Source: Flavobacteriaceae bacterium
Lineage (GTDB): Bacteria > Bacteroidota > Bacteroidia > Flavobacteriales > Flavobacteriaceae
Reading direction: 5' to 3'
Assembly (NCBI GenBank): GCA_965224465.1
Contig: OZ245049.1
Span: 510,001-542,000, forward strand
DNA: 32,000 nt
Under the pieces are notes generated by a model that had not been told where the DNA came from, did no database searches, and was given only the letters and a program-made list of their open reading frames with translations. The translations under genes were made by a program, and so were the position numbers. Of the stretch, positions 1 to 10,354 are shown one piece after another (position 1 is the stretch's first letter; every line of letters begins with the position of its first letter).

Positions 1-8
1 AGTTGGCA

Positions 9-1466
9 TTACTTTTTCTTCGCATGTTTCTTGATTTTCCTATTGATAAATTTAATACCTAAACCAGTAGCAGTCAAAGAAATTACTGTCCCTCCGAGCA
101 ACAAAAACCACATAATAACATCCCATAATACTCCTTTAGAAGTAAGGAAATTAAAATCCAAGCTATGCAAACCGTGATATAACCAACGCTGAACCCTGTT
201 TTTTGTACTGCATTTATACAGCATTTCTGTTGATGAAGGATCTATATAATACGCTTTATCAGCACGTGTTATAATTTTAAACACGGGCAACGTTTTTTTA
301 TTGGTTTTACTGTAGTAATAATGATCATAGCCTGTCATAATCTCTGAATGCACAATGGTATCCATCGGATCAAATTTAGAAATCAGTAGCTTATAATCAT
401 TCAGCGTTGGAACTGCTGAGTTATCAGAATAACACTGCAAGGTTTTTTTAGCCTCCTCCACGCCCACTACATACAATTTAGAAGCATACTTTTTTAGATG
501 GACTTCTTTTACCCTAAGATTATTTGCAGATTCTTTAAAGCAATTCCAATCCACCGTATTAAAATCTCTCCATGTAAACTCACCACCTTGCCAACTGTTA
601 TTTTCTATGCGAGACAAACGTGTAGAGGGTGTCCAATCAAAAGGCGTCATACTCATAAGTCCACTAAAAATCCATGTGCAGACAAACAAACCAAATATCA
701 AACCAAAATAATAATGAATATTATACCAGTTGTTCTTAAACCTTCTAAATGGTTTCTTAGGTTTCTTCTTAGCCCGTACCAATCCCGTTACAATTCCTGT
801 AACCGCCATTAAAAATCCAAGCCCTGATAACCAAATTATAAGTTGTACCCAAAAAGCAGTGTGTACTCGTATATCTCTAAAATATATCCAATGAGGAATC
901 GCTCCAAGCCATGCCCACATTCGGTCAGAATTTGTAGTGAGGCTCAAGAGTTCACCTGTTAAGGAAGATACATAGATCCGTGTCACATCCACATCATTTA
1001 ACATTACATTATACACGGGTAAATGTTTGAGGAATGATGTTCTAGGAATCCATTGATCCAATACATCCAACCGAGATACTGTCACATTATCACCCTGTAT
1101 ATCCACTGCATCCAACGCTATTTTCTTCGCCAATTGTGCATCCACACGAACTATAGTACCATCTTTAGCATATCTAGAAACAATACGTCCCTTATTGGAA
1201 CAAACCTTGTATACTGGACGGTTTAATAAATAGGTGATTTTAAAACTATGGATACTTTCTATGGAATCGTTTTTAAAAACAATGCCCGGAGAGATAAATG
1301 CCTCCGTATCCATTGTTCTTTTCTTTAACAGTGCTATTTTATCCGATTTTTTCAATAGAGGAAACCCCTTGTACATCAATACAAAACCAGATAAAAACCA
1401 AATTAAGAATAAGAAGAAAAAAAAGGTTCCTAAATAATGGTGAATTTCAATTAATAATTTTTTCAA
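9..1466 (-). CDS. PepSY-associated TM-helix (PiuB-like) membrane protein
   Basis: 485-aa ORF; the start codon as drawn is TTG. The N-terminus has IEIHHYLG followed by a long hydrophobic helix, with several further TM segments and a basic C-terminal tail. It lies immediately downstream of, and co-oriented with, a TonB-dependent receptor. Confidence 0.75.
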   Translation of the reverse strand: MKKLLIEIHHYLGTFFFFLFLIWFLSGFVLMYKGFPLLKKSDKIALLKKRTMDTEAFISPGIVFKNDSIESIHSFKITYLLNRPVYKVCSNKGRIVSRYAKDGTIVRVDAQLAKKIALDAVDIQGDNVTVSRLDVLDQWIPRTSFLKHLPVYNVMLNDVDVTRIYVSSLTGELLSLTTNSDRMWAWLGAIPHWIYFRDIRVHTAFWVQLIIWLSGLGFLMAVTGIVTGLVRAKKKPKKPFRRFKNNWYNIHYYFGLIFGLFVCTWIFSGLMSMTPFDWTPSTRLSRIENNSWQGGEFTWRDFNTVDWNCFKESANNLRVKEVHLKKYASKLYVVGVEEAKKTLQCYSDNSAVPTLNDYKLLISKFDPMDTIVHSEIMTGYDHYYYSKTNKKTLPVFKIITRADKAYYIDPSSTEMLYKCSTKNRVQRWLYHGLHSLDFNFLTSKGVLWDVIMWFLLLGGTVISLTATGLGIKFINRKIKKHAKKK

Positions 1467-1479
1467 AATAATAAATTTA

Positions 1480-1530
1480 AAAAAACCACAGCGTACAATT
1501 GTTCAACATAAACAATCATAGACTGTGGTT
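1480..1530 (-). terminator. Hairpin between the receptor and PepSY genes (possible partial terminator or attenuator)
   Basis: CCACAG (1486-1491) pairs with CTGTGG (1523-1528). There is an inner AATTGTT/AACAAT stem. A T-run follows on the minus strand, just after the receptor stop codon. Confidence 0.35.
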
Positions 1531-1548
1531 TTCAATTATCAAACAATA

Positions 1549-3861
1549 TTAAAATTTATAGCCCAAACTAAGCTTGTAATTTCTTCCTTTCCCAGGGAAA
1601 AATTGATTCCCATATATCGCATCCGCAAAATATAATTTATCTGTAATATTATCAACATTTAAAGAGAGTCTAACACTTTTAAATTGATGATACACCGTTG
1701 CATCTACTGTTGCATACGAAGGCAACAAATAAGTATTGGAAGAATTGGTGTAATTTTCACTTACATAATTAAATCCAAGACCCAGTCCTAAACCTTTTGC
1801 CAAGCCTTCTTGTTTCTCGTAATTTAACCATGCATTTGCCAAATGTTCTGGCGCAAATCTAAGTTTGTTCCCAACTTTTATAGCCTGTAATGTAGGACTG
1901 TCAAATTCGCGTACTTTAGCGTCTACATACGCATAGCCACCTTTGAAATACAATCCATTTAGGATTTGAAATTCTACATCTAACTCTACACCTTTAGAAT
2001 CTGCTTCTCCAATTTGATGGTATTCTTTAACTTTGTTTCTTTCTACGATGTTATTTTTCTGTAAATAAAATACAGAGAAGGTAACATTGTAAAGTTGTTC
2101 TTTTTCTAATTTCACACCTGCCTCTAATTGATAGCCTTTTTCTGGATCAAATACATGTCCGTCTGGAGTAATTCTACGTGTAGGTTTGAAATAATTTGAG
2201 TACGAACCAAAAACACTTAAATTATCATAAGCTTCATACACCACGCCAGCACGGTAGGTTAATGCCGTAGTTGGGATATCAGTTTTCTTACCGTATTCCA
2301 ATACATTTCTATCAGCATCTAATTTGTTCTTATAATACGTACCAGAAAATATATCGTATCGCAATCCAATCAAAACCTTGATTTTTTTAGAAAGGTTCAT
2401 CCAATCTTGAACGTAGAAACCATTCACTAATTCCTCTCTTGCGCTTACTTTTGAATCAACAGCCTCTATATGACCTTGATTTAATATTGGGTTTGTAACA
2501 TCAATAGTTGAAAACGTACCAGGGCCTTTTACAGATCCTCCATAGGTTTTACGATCCAAAATACTTAAAGAATGTCCAAATACAGAAGTGTGTTTTACTG
2601 TACCTGTAGCAAAATTATAAGAAAGATCTAATTGATTTTGAAATGTTCCTGTCTTGTGATTGAAATAAAACGGAAATGCTCTTTTAATGGTTTTATAATC
2701 TTTACTAAGTTCTAAAAACTCGGTAGACATATAATCAATATCATCATCTGACCAAGAAACATGTTCTGTTAATTTTAATCGATCACTAAATGTATGGACA
2801 TATCTCAATTGAAAATCTGTACGCTTGTGTTTTAAATAATCCTGAGGATCATTATAGCGGGTTTTTATGTCCATTCCAGGAGCCACCGTACTATTTTCTA
2901 ACATAGGAATCCCCGTGTCTGTATCATAAATATCGTTGTTCGCTTGAAACGAAAACTGAAAATAATCCTTGTCTGTCAAGTCGTAATCCAATGATAAAGA
3001 ACCATTATTGGTTTTTTCACCAAAATCTCTCCATCCATCGGTTCTTGTAGTTCCAAAATCTACACGGTATCTTAACTTATCCGAAATAGGACCTCCGATC
3101 CCTCCAGACATATTTACCGTATTATAAGAACCATACGTAGTTTTAAAAGATGCTTTTTGCACATAAGTAGGTTTCTTTTTCACCAAATTAATCACGCCTC
3201 CTAAAGCAGAATGCCCAAGCAATACACTTGCAGGACCTTTTAAAACTTCAATTCTTTCTATATTAGCAAGATTTGTTGAAGGAGCACTTGACGATAAATT
3301 ATGACGTTCATCTCGCACACCATCTACTAACAATACAAAATTATTAAACCCTCTAATTCTAAAGGTTTGAAAACCTCCATAACGGTTAATTGGTCTTACT
3401 CCTGTAACACTTTTAAAAGCATCGCCTAAACTAGATACATTTCTTTGGGTTAGCAATCTCGCATCTAAACTATTGGTAGTAATAGGCGATTCTAAATTTC
3501 GCATCACCACTTTATCAATAGAAATAATCCTACGTTGATTCCCATGCACTTGTACCGCAGATAATAAATTTGATTTTGGACTCAAGTAGATGTTCTTTAG
3601 TCCTTTTAATTTCGAAAACCGTAGGGTTTTAGTCACATATCCAATACTCGATATTTTAATGCGTTGTTTCCCGTAGGCTGTCAATTCAAAGACTCCGTTC
3701 TCATCCGCATTTGTACCGCGCTTAGTCGCTAGGTTCAAGATATTTACAAAGGGGATAATTTCTGAAGTTTTTGCGTCTACAACTTTAATAGACACCTTGT
3801 TTTGCGCTCCAACATACCCGTGCAACACAATTAACATTAAAAAAATAATTGATTTTTTCAT
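1549..3861 (-). CDS. TonB-dependent outer-membrane receptor, probably for corrinoid uptake given the upstream B12 riboswitch
   Basis: Start trimmed to MKKSIIFLMLIVLHGYVGAQ (signal peptide; ATG at 3861). It has a CarboxypepD_reg-like N-terminal domain (VSIKVVDAKTSEIIPFVNI), a plug region (IERIEVLKGPASVLLGHSALGGVINLV) and a long beta-barrel ending in a terminal aromatic (GYKF). Confidence 0.85.
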   Translation of the reverse strand: MKKSIIFLMLIVLHGYVGAQNKVSIKVVDAKTSEIIPFVNILNLATKRGTNADENGVFELTAYGKQRIKISSIGYVTKTLRFSKLKGLKNIYLSPKSNLLSAVQVHGNQRRIISIDKVVMRNLESPITTNSLDARLLTQRNVSSLGDAFKSVTGVRPINRYGGFQTFRIRGFNNFVLLVDGVRDERHNLSSSAPSTNLANIERIEVLKGPASVLLGHSALGGVINLVKKKPTYVQKASFKTTYGSYNTVNMSGGIGGPISDKLRYRVDFGTTRTDGWRDFGEKTNNGSLSLDYDLTDKDYFQFSFQANNDIYDTDTGIPMLENSTVAPGMDIKTRYNDPQDYLKHKRTDFQLRYVHTFSDRLKLTEHVSWSDDDIDYMSTEFLELSKDYKTIKRAFPFYFNHKTGTFQNQLDLSYNFATGTVKHTSVFGHSLSILDRKTYGGSVKGPGTFSTIDVTNPILNQGHIEAVDSKVSAREELVNGFYVQDWMNLSKKIKVLIGLRYDIFSGTYYKNKLDADRNVLEYGKKTDIPTTALTYRAGVVYEAYDNLSVFGSYSNYFKPTRRITPDGHVFDPEKGYQLEAGVKLEKEQLYNVTFSVFYLQKNNIVERNKVKEYHQIGEADSKGVELDVEFQILNGLYFKGGYAYVDAKVREFDSPTLQAIKVGNKLRFAPEHLANAWLNYEKQEGLAKGLGLGLGFNYVSENYTNSSNTYLLPSYATVDATVYHQFKSVRLSLNVDNITDKLYFADAIYGNQFFPGKGRNYKLSLGYKF

Positions 3862-3978
3862 TGTACTCTTACTCGTTTTTTTTGGGGAAAAATAAAAGAG
3901 CAAGACAACTTTACACAAACAAAAGATGCTGTACACTCAAACTTTTAATCCCGAAAGTTTTATAAAAAATGTTTGCTT

Positions 3979-4120
3979 ATAGGCAGGTCTTCTGACTTAC
4001 TCTACTTTTAACGTCTTCCCATCTTTTACGACAGTGACAAAGGTGTTAAAAGCTTTTTTTTAGAGCTTACAGCTGCGGGTACAGTTTCCGAATTACACGA
4101 AATTCCCATTTTAATCCTAT
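3979..4120 (-). promoter_or_regulatory. Cobalamin (B12) riboswitch aptamer
   Basis: Read on the minus strand: P1 ATAGG...CCTAT, AATGGGAA, GTGTAATTCGGAAACTGTACCCGCAGCTGTAAG, GTCACTG, GGGAAGAC, and the B12 box AGTCAGAAGACCTGCC (plus-strand 3982-3997). It lies about 120 nt upstream of the receptor start. Confidence 0.85.
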
Positions 4121-4272
4121 TCTTAAATACTAAAAATAGAAACCAATAGCAGGGCAAATGTATATGAATAAATCATATTGAACTAAGAAAATATTAACTT
4201 TTTAATAGCATGACAATCAATGCTATAGCTATGTAAAATGATAAAAATCAGGAAACAAAAAATAGATAAAGA

Positions 4273-4800
4273 TCAAAAAACGCAGTGTTCTAACACAAAG
4301 GAGACTCTTTTTACTACAGAAGCTTTCGGTAAGTAACAAAGTTTAAACCCATGATCCAAATACACTTTTTCGATGCTTTTTGATAATGCCAATTGAAATT
4401 TAAAATCTTGTGGTCGTTGTGGGTCTTTACAGTAAATCTCTTTCCATGGCAATGCAAAAAACACCGTTTTATGATAGTATTTGTGAAAATTGAAATTTGC
4501 TAATTCCTCTAAAATATCCAAATTACTATGTGCTAAATATCCCTTAAGATCCAACAAACTTCGATCGCAAAACTGAACCTTATTTTCTGATTTGAATCGC
4601 TTTAAGGTTTCTTGAAACACCAAAGATGTAAAACGCTCCATATTCTTCCAAGGCATGCCATCACTTTGCAACAACTGTTCTTTTTGAATAATGCTTCTAG
4701 ACACTTCCTCTGCACATAACATCCCTTTAGACTGTAAGGCTTTAATCAACGTAGATTTTCCTGTGCCTGGTGCTCCCGTTATAATGTACCTCTTTACCAT
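4273..4800 (-). CDS. P-loop ATPase (AAA_28 / COG3911-like), last gene of the cob operon
   Basis: Start trimmed to MVKRYIITGAPGTGKSTLIKAL (Walker A). This start overlaps the cbiB stop by 7 nt, which suggests translational coupling. Confidence 0.65.
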   Translation of the reverse strand: MVKRYIITGAPGTGKSTLIKALQSKGMLCAEEVSRSIIQKEQLLQSDGMPWKNMERFTSLVFQETLKRFKSENKVQFCDRSLLDLKGYLAHSNLDILEELANFNFHKYYHKTVFFALPWKEIYCKDPQRPQDFKFQLALSKSIEKVYLDHGFKLCYLPKASVVKRVSFVLEHCVF

Positions 4801-5726
4801 TGGTATGCAAAAAACAAAATAATAAATACAAACAACGTACTTCCAGCATAGTTTATCCATGCCACATCATTTATTTCATCATCTAACAAATCTCTATTAT
4901 TTTTTCCTATAACAGGTTTGTCAACCAAAGTTCCTCCGTATAAGTTAGGTCCACCAAACTGACAATTCAATACATACGCCAAAGCAGCTTCTGGATAACC
5001 AGCATTTGGACTGCTGTGCTTTTTCCCTTCTGTAAACACAAAAGCAATTCCCTTTATTTTTCCTTTGACAATCAGAATTAAAATAGCCGTAATTCTCGCG
5101 GGGATATAATTCACTACATCATCCAAAATAGCAGCAAATTTACCAAATTGCTCATAGCGTTCGTTTTTATAGCCAATCATAGAATCAAAGGTATTGATCA
5201 TTTTATAAGCCATTATCCCTGGCACTCCAAAACAAGCCAAAAAGAACAAGGGAGCAATTACCCCATCGCTTAAATTCTCCGACATGGTTTCAAAAGTTGC
5301 TTTTTTTATTTGTTGTTCATTTAATGCAGAAGTATCCCTCCCCACAATCCATGACAAACGCATTCTTCCTGCTTCAATTCCATGATGACTTAATTCGTAA
5401 ATGACAGCCTTTCCTTCTTTTACCAAGGTTTTATTTGCCAAACAATAAAACACAGCAATCGTAGAAAGAATAATCTCATCAATCAACCAAGATTCACTTC
5501 TCAAATAAATGCGTATCCCGTAGGGTATTGCAATACTCAGACTAACCAAAAAGATACTTAGAAACATTCCTTTTGCAAATCGATATTTTCCCTTATTTAA
5601 TAGTTGTTCGCCCTTTCCGATCAAATTGCCATACGCTACAATTAAATGTGGAAGCCACTTGGGATCTCCCAAAAGTAAATCCAGTAAAAAACCACCGAGT
5701 AGGATGTATAAAAAAGTTAATTCCAT
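4794..5726 (-). CDS. cbiB: Adenosylcobinamide-phosphate synthase (CbiB/CobD family)
   Basis: 310-aa polytopic membrane protein. The N-terminus LLLGDPKWLPHLIVAYG and the motifs MSENLSDGVIAPLFF and NAGYPEAALA are typical of CbiB. It sits within a cob gene cluster. Confidence 0.85.
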   Translation of the reverse strand: MELTFLYILLGGFLLDLLLGDPKWLPHLIVAYGNLIGKGEQLLNKGKYRFAKGMFLSIFLVSLSIAIPYGIRIYLRSESWLIDEIILSTIAVFYCLANKTLVKEGKAVIYELSHHGIEAGRMRLSWIVGRDTSALNEQQIKKATFETMSENLSDGVIAPLFFLACFGVPGIMAYKMINTFDSMIGYKNERYEQFGKFAAILDDVVNYIPARITAILILIVKGKIKGIAFVFTEGKKHSSPNAGYPEAALAYVLNCQFGGPNLYGGTLVDKPVIGKNNRDLLDDEINDVAWINYAGSTLFVFIILFFAYQW

Positions 5727-6730
5727 GTTTGCAATGCTTTTATTAAGGCCTTATTTGCCTCAAAGTTTTGTAATGAAACACGAATATGCGCTCCTTTAAG
5801 TCCCGTAAAATTAGTTGCATCCCGTACCAAAATTCCATGGGTGTTGGCCAAGTAATTTTTTAATTCTGTAGCCGTTCCTTTTGCTATTTTTAATAAAAAA
5901 TACGTGGTTTCACCGGCAACTACCTCAAAACCTTTGATACTGTTTAATTGTTTTTTAAATTCTTGTGTTTCTCTTAATAACACATTCACATCAAAACTTA
6001 ATTCGCTGTAATTCTCAAAAATATACCTTCCCGAAGCAATTGCCAAACTATTTACTGTCCACGGTAATTTATAGTTTAATAACTCCCCTATAAAATCTGT
6101 ATTTGACACAATATAGCCCAAACGCAAACCAGGAATAGCAAACGTTTTGGTGAGTGAACGTACAATTGCTACATTTTTATACTCCGCCACCAAAGACATT
6201 GCCGAGCCAACAGCATTGGAAAATTCATTATACGCCTCATCAATGACAAAAAATGTAGCTGGATATTTTTTAAAAAGATGTTCAAGAGTCTCCACAGACA
6301 TCACTTTACCATCTGGATTGTTGGGATTACATATAAAAACCAATGCAGCATTTATATCCTGTTCAAACAATGCCTCTCTTGTGATACATTCAAAAGCTAC
6401 CTGATGCATCTTACATGCATCTTCATATTCTGCAAAAGTAGGTGCAACAATCAAGGCTTTTTTATCTCTATAACATTGAGCAATCAAGTAAAAAATTTCT
6501 GTAGCACCATTCCCAAATAGAAATTCAGAGGCATTTAAATTAAATTGTTTTGCTGCCAATACATTCAATTCCCCTGCCACTGGCGATGGATAATTTTGAA
6601 TCAGATGTACCTTGTTTTTTAGATACTCCAACAATGCAGCATCGCAACCTTTATAGTACACATTTGAACTAAAATTATAGCGTATTGTTCCTTCAAAATT
6701 ATGAAGATCATCTCCATGTCCATCAATCAT
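5717..6730 (-). CDS. cobD: PLP-dependent threonine-phosphate decarboxylase (class I/II aminotransferase fold, CobD/CobC type)
   Basis: 337 aa. It has an aminotransferase-like layout, NPNNPDG, and a PLP-lysine context SLTKTFAIPGLRLGY. It is located between cobQ and cbiB. Confidence 0.75.
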   Translation of the reverse strand: MIDGHGDDLHNFEGTIRYNFSSNVYYKGCDAALLEYLKNKVHLIQNYPSPVAGELNVLAAKQFNLNASEFLFGNGATEIFYLIAQCYRDKKALIVAPTFAEYEDACKMHQVAFECITREALFEQDINAALVFICNPNNPDGKVMSVETLEHLFKKYPATFFVIDEAYNEFSNAVGSAMSLVAEYKNVAIVRSLTKTFAIPGLRLGYIVSNTDFIGELLNYKLPWTVNSLAIASGRYIFENYSELSFDVNVLLRETQEFKKQLNSIKGFEVVAGETTYFLLKIAKGTATELKNYLANTHGILVRDATNFTGLKGAHIRVSLQNFEANKALIKALQTWN

Positions 6731-6739
6731 ACCTTCCTC

Positions 6740-8182
6740 CTATTTAGTGTACATTTTATCAAGATCCAAACAGCTTCTCAATAAATCCGCTAATTTGTCA
6801 AAATTTTCGTTTTTAAAGTATTCATAAGACTGCATCTCATTTGTAGATATACTTCCTAACAAATCATCTATCACCACTTTGTTGTCAAAAATCCCATGCA
6901 TATAGGTTCCCCAACAATCATCATTTAACATATATCCTTCTTCTCCTTCTGCTAAGGTATTTAACCTTGCCGATACTTCTGAGCTAGAAACACCCATGTG
7001 TATTTCATACCCCGTACAGGTTTCTGAATAATCTTTAAATTTAAAATTCCGTTGAATGGTTGTTTTTTTATCAGACAATATCGTTTTCATAGGGATAATT
7101 CCTAATCCAGGTACGGTACCAATAGCTCCTTCTACCCCATAAGGGTCGCTTATTTCTTTTCCCATCATCTGATATCCACCACAAATTCCAATCACTTTTT
7201 TATTGTTTTCAAAAGCATTTAAAATGGCGTTTGCAATTCCTTTTTTACGCAGAAAATGCAAATCAGAAATGGTGTTTTTAGTGCCTGGTATCAGTACAAT
7301 ATCCGCTTGTTCTATTTCGCTTGGATCTTTAGAATAATACAAATGTACGCGTGGATCACGTTCCAATAAATTAAAGTCTGTATAATTGGACATGTATGGC
7401 AGTAAGACAACAACGATATTAATTTTACCAGAAAGACTCGTGATTTTCTTTTGCTGTAAAGCCACAGAATCTTCGTCTTCTATATAAATATCCGATGCAT
7501 AAGGCACCACTCCAATAACAGGCAAACCTGTTAGTTCTTCTATCTTTTTTCGCCCATCATCAAACAGCGTAATATCACCTCTAAACTTATTAATTATAAT
7601 ACCTTTCATCAAGGCGCGTTCCCATGGTTCTAACAAGGCAATAGATCCATAAACACTTGCAAACACACCTCCTTTATCAATATCTGCGATAAGATAAACA
7701 TCGGCTTTGGCAAATTTTGCCATGCGCATATTAACTATATCTCTGTGTTTTAGATTGAGCTCAGAAATACTTCCTGCGCCTTCCAATACAATAGGATGGT
7801 ACATTTTAGACAGGGATAAAAATGCTTTTTGCGCCTCTTTAAAAAGGTTTTCTTTGTCATTTCCTAAAAAATAATCTTTTGCAGATTGATTTCCTACGGG
7901 TTTTCCATGGAGTACTATCTGAGATGATTTGTCCGAAGTTGGTTTTAACAACACTGGATTCATCGCTGTAATGCACGGTATGCCACAAGCATCAGCTTGT
8001 ACGGCCTGAGCCCTTCCTATTTCCAATCCTTCTGGAGTTACGAAACTATTGAGTGACATGTTTTGGGCTTTAAATGGAGCGGGATGAAACCCGTCTTGTT
8101 TTAAAATCCTACACATCCCCGCAGCTATGATGCTCTTTCCTACATCAGAACCCGTTCCTACAAACATTATGGGGCTTTTCAT
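6740..8182 (-). CDS. cobQ: Cobyric acid synthase
   Basis: 480 aa. The N-terminus is GTGSDVGKS (CobQ/CbiP P-loop). The C-terminal glutaminase domain has GICGGYQMMG and a later H in YEIHMG. Confidence 0.9.
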   Translation of the reverse strand: MKSPIMFVGTGSDVGKSIIAAGMCRILKQDGFHPAPFKAQNMSLNSFVTPEGLEIGRAQAVQADACGIPCITAMNPVLLKPTSDKSSQIVLHGKPVGNQSAKDYFLGNDKENLFKEAQKAFLSLSKMYHPIVLEGAGSISELNLKHRDIVNMRMAKFAKADVYLIADIDKGGVFASVYGSIALLEPWERALMKGIIINKFRGDITLFDDGRKKIEELTGLPVIGVVPYASDIYIEDEDSVALQQKKITSLSGKINIVVVLLPYMSNYTDFNLLERDPRVHLYYSKDPSEIEQADIVLIPGTKNTISDLHFLRKKGIANAILNAFENNKKVIGICGGYQMMGKEISDPYGVEGAIGTVPGLGIIPMKTILSDKKTTIQRNFKFKDYSETCTGYEIHMGVSSSEVSARLNTLAEGEEGYMLNDDCWGTYMHGIFDNKVVIDDLLGSISTNEMQSYEYFKNENFDKLADLLRSCLDLDKMYTK

Positions 8183-8363
8183 TTGTTCTGTTTAAAATAA
8201 TAAGCAGCAAATATACAAATAGCATCCCTAAATAAACTGACAAATAGCACTGTTTTATAGCCGTATTTAAAGCTCTTTAAAATAACAGCCGTATTTTGAT
8301 TGCATCTGCCTCTAGATTACATAATATTTACAGGGAACAATGTGTTTATTTTAGGTTCTATTT

Positions 8364-8543
8364 AAAGAAATTTACACCAAGACCATCAAAATTAACAGTA
8401 AAAAAATCGTTGAACCGCTTAAAATTTAAAAAATTTGAATACTTTTAACGATAAAACAACACATACCCCGAAAGTATTATAGACATAACGGAAATAACGT
8501 CAAGTTTTGGAAGTTTATTGATGATATGTGGGGGTTGTAAAAC
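8364..8543 (+). repeat. Recombinase-3'-end/junction repeat, copy A (leftmost edge of the cassette array)
   Basis: It encodes a relic ...KEIYTKTIKINSKKIVEPLKI* that is homologous to the last codons of the 13973-15109 recombinase, including the catalytic Tyr codon at 8373-8375. About 100 nt homologous to 15070-15170 follow, ending in GTTGTAAAAC (8534-8543). Confidence 0.8.
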
Positions 8544-8573
8544 ATTTGAAAAGAATCAAATACCATAAAAAAA

Positions 8574-9749
8574 ATGGCTTATATTCAAATTAAAGGTTAC
8601 CCTAATACAAAAATAAAAATTAAACTTCCTAAAGTTATCAAGAAGGCTGAAATATTAGAAGCTTATTGGTCAGATGAAAAAGGAATTAAAATCAATGTTT
8701 TAGACTATAACAAGAAAGCCTATATAAGGATAAAAAGTAAAAATATATTTAAAAAAATTATAACATTACGTGTATATGAAAGCGATATCGGACCTATGAA
8801 TGATGATTTCATATGGGAAGATGAATTATCTCTTAAAAATAATGATGCAATTTTATCCTTTAATTTAACTCCAAATATGTTTGTTAAAGGAGAAGAGGAT
8901 CTGGTAAACTTCTATTTTACTTTACAAATAGAAGATCAAGATGAAAAAGAATTTAATAATAATAAAAAAGAGTATTTAAAGGTTCATTTAGTACGCTATG
9001 TTCCTGGAGTATTAAAAGCTTTAGGGTGGAATAAAGGGGCAGAACTACAAGAAGAATGGTTTAGTAGACAAGCAAGTAGCAACCCTGACTCTAACAATCC
9101 TAATTTATCTATCATAACGATGAATTGGATATTAGGATTTACAAGTGCTAAAACATTGCTTAGCTCTATGATTACTCAGAAAATTTGGGTAAATACAGCA
9201 GGAAAAAGAGCCTTGCTATCAGAAATTAAACGCATGATTAAAGATAATGAAGTGACCATCCCGATTAATGAAGGTAGTTCTTCTAGTTTTGGGGTATTTA
9301 ACAATACTATAATTAATTACAAAAATAAAAGGATTCCAAAATTTGATAAATACCACTATCAAGAACGTGCATTTGCTCCTGGATCTTTTAGCACATTGGA
9401 TGATCTCACTGCTGCCTTGGCTAATTTCGTTTTCAGAATGTCTTCTGGAGGAACGATAACCAAAAACAAAGACAATTATACTATTCAAATAATTAAAGTT
9501 GCCACTTATGTAAGAGACTCCTTTGACTTTATTGATCCAGGATGGGCTAGTCAAAATTTAGGCTACTGGAACATACAGGAAAATAAAGTAGTTAAATTTT
9601 CTTTGGGTTCTGGATATAGATTAATTGAAAATTCTAGTTATCAAAATTACAGGAGTGAATTTCAGATGGGAGGAGATTTTCGTTTATATAGCGATATTCA
9701 CTATACAAATACTAATGATACTTTTGACGTACCTTTAACTACTTTCTAA
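8574..9749 (+). CDS. Polymorphic-toxin-like protein, variant 1 (C-terminal domain of unknown function)
   Basis: 391 aa. The first 22 aa, MAYIQIKGYPNTKIKIKLPKVI, are shared with the 15197 ORF (MAWIEIKGYPETRMKIEFPKVV), after which the two proteins diverge completely. A small membrane-protein gene follows 3 nt later. Confidence 0.5.
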   Translation: MAYIQIKGYPNTKIKIKLPKVIKKAEILEAYWSDEKGIKINVLDYNKKAYIRIKSKNIFKKIITLRVYESDIGPMNDDFIWEDELSLKNNDAILSFNLTPNMFVKGEEDLVNFYFTLQIEDQDEKEFNNNKKEYLKVHLVRYVPGVLKALGWNKGAELQEEWFSRQASSNPDSNNPNLSIITMNWILGFTSAKTLLSSMITQKIWVNTAGKRALLSEIKRMIKDNEVTIPINEGSSSSFGVFNNTIINYKNKRIPKFDKYHYQERAFAPGSFSTLDDLTAALANFVFRMSSGGTITKNKDNYTIQIIKVATYVRDSFDFIDPGWASQNLGYWNIQENKVVKFSLGSGYRLIENSSYQNYRSEFQMGGDFRLYSDIHYTNTNDTFDVPLTTF

Positions 9750-9752
9750 AAA

Positions 9753-10106
9753 ATGAAAAAAATGATATATATATTATTCTCGATATTAGTTATTTCTTTA
9801 ACAGCATACTTATTCTTTTTTAGAAAGGAAAGTAAAACATATACGAGTCCAGATGGTTATTATTCATTAATTATAAAAAAGAAGTCTAACCTTTTTAAAA
9901 CGACCTCTCCTGGTGATGGTGGAAATTATGAAGTTGAAATAGTGTTAAAAAACAAAAGAGGTAATATTATTGGAGAAAGTAATAGTAATCTAAACTGTAG
10001 AGTATTCAATGACAGCATAGAGATTGAATGGGATATTAAAAATGATCAAGTTAAGTATAGTAGAGGAAAGACCATTAATCTTAAAACGGGTAAAGTAGAA
10101 TGTTGA
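9753..10106 (+). CDS. Small N-terminally anchored or secreted protein, candidate cognate immunity protein
   Basis: 117 aa with an N-terminal hydrophobic helix, MKKMIYILFSILVISLTAYLFFF. It is tightly linked downstream of the toxin-like ORF. Confidence 0.45.
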   Translation: MKKMIYILFSILVISLTAYLFFFRKESKTYTSPDGYYSLIIKKKSNLFKTTSPGDGGNYEVEIVLKNKRGNIIGESNSNLNCRVFNDSIEIEWDIKNDQVKYSRGKTINLKTGKVEC

Positions 10107-10121
10107 TGAAAATTATTTTTC

Positions 10122-10345
10122 AATTGAATAGACGGCTCCAACTAAAATAGCTATCAGTCACCTTTCGCACTACCATAGATACGAAAACTTCGCTCGGTAA
10201 TTTCTAATTATAAGTATAAAAACACTTCTAATTCTCATGAACCTATACGACGGTTCAAAAAATTGAAGTTTGTGTATTATTAATGGTTTGTATCCTTTTC
10301 GTACAAGTCTAGATTTGGGTTTGGTAGTTTTTAAAATTGAATTTT
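10122..10345 (-). pseudogene. Relic of the 3' end of a related group IIC intron (domains V/VI plus the last ~25 RT codons)
   Basis: attgaatagacgg... matches atcgagtagacgg... at the intact introns. atacgacggttcaaaaaattgaag matches their domain V/RT-stop region. The tracked ORF 10170-10370 carries SRLVRKGYKPLI, the RT C-terminus. It is truncated upstream. Confidence 0.7.
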
Positions 10346-10354
10346 TTCTTATTA

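Noticed and set aside
8183-8363. A second cobalamin riboswitch upstream of cobQ
   Set aside because: Reading the minus strand, I find no B12 box (AGYCMGGnGACCkGCC-like) and no GCCACTG or GGGAAG elements. It is treated as a plain promoter region.
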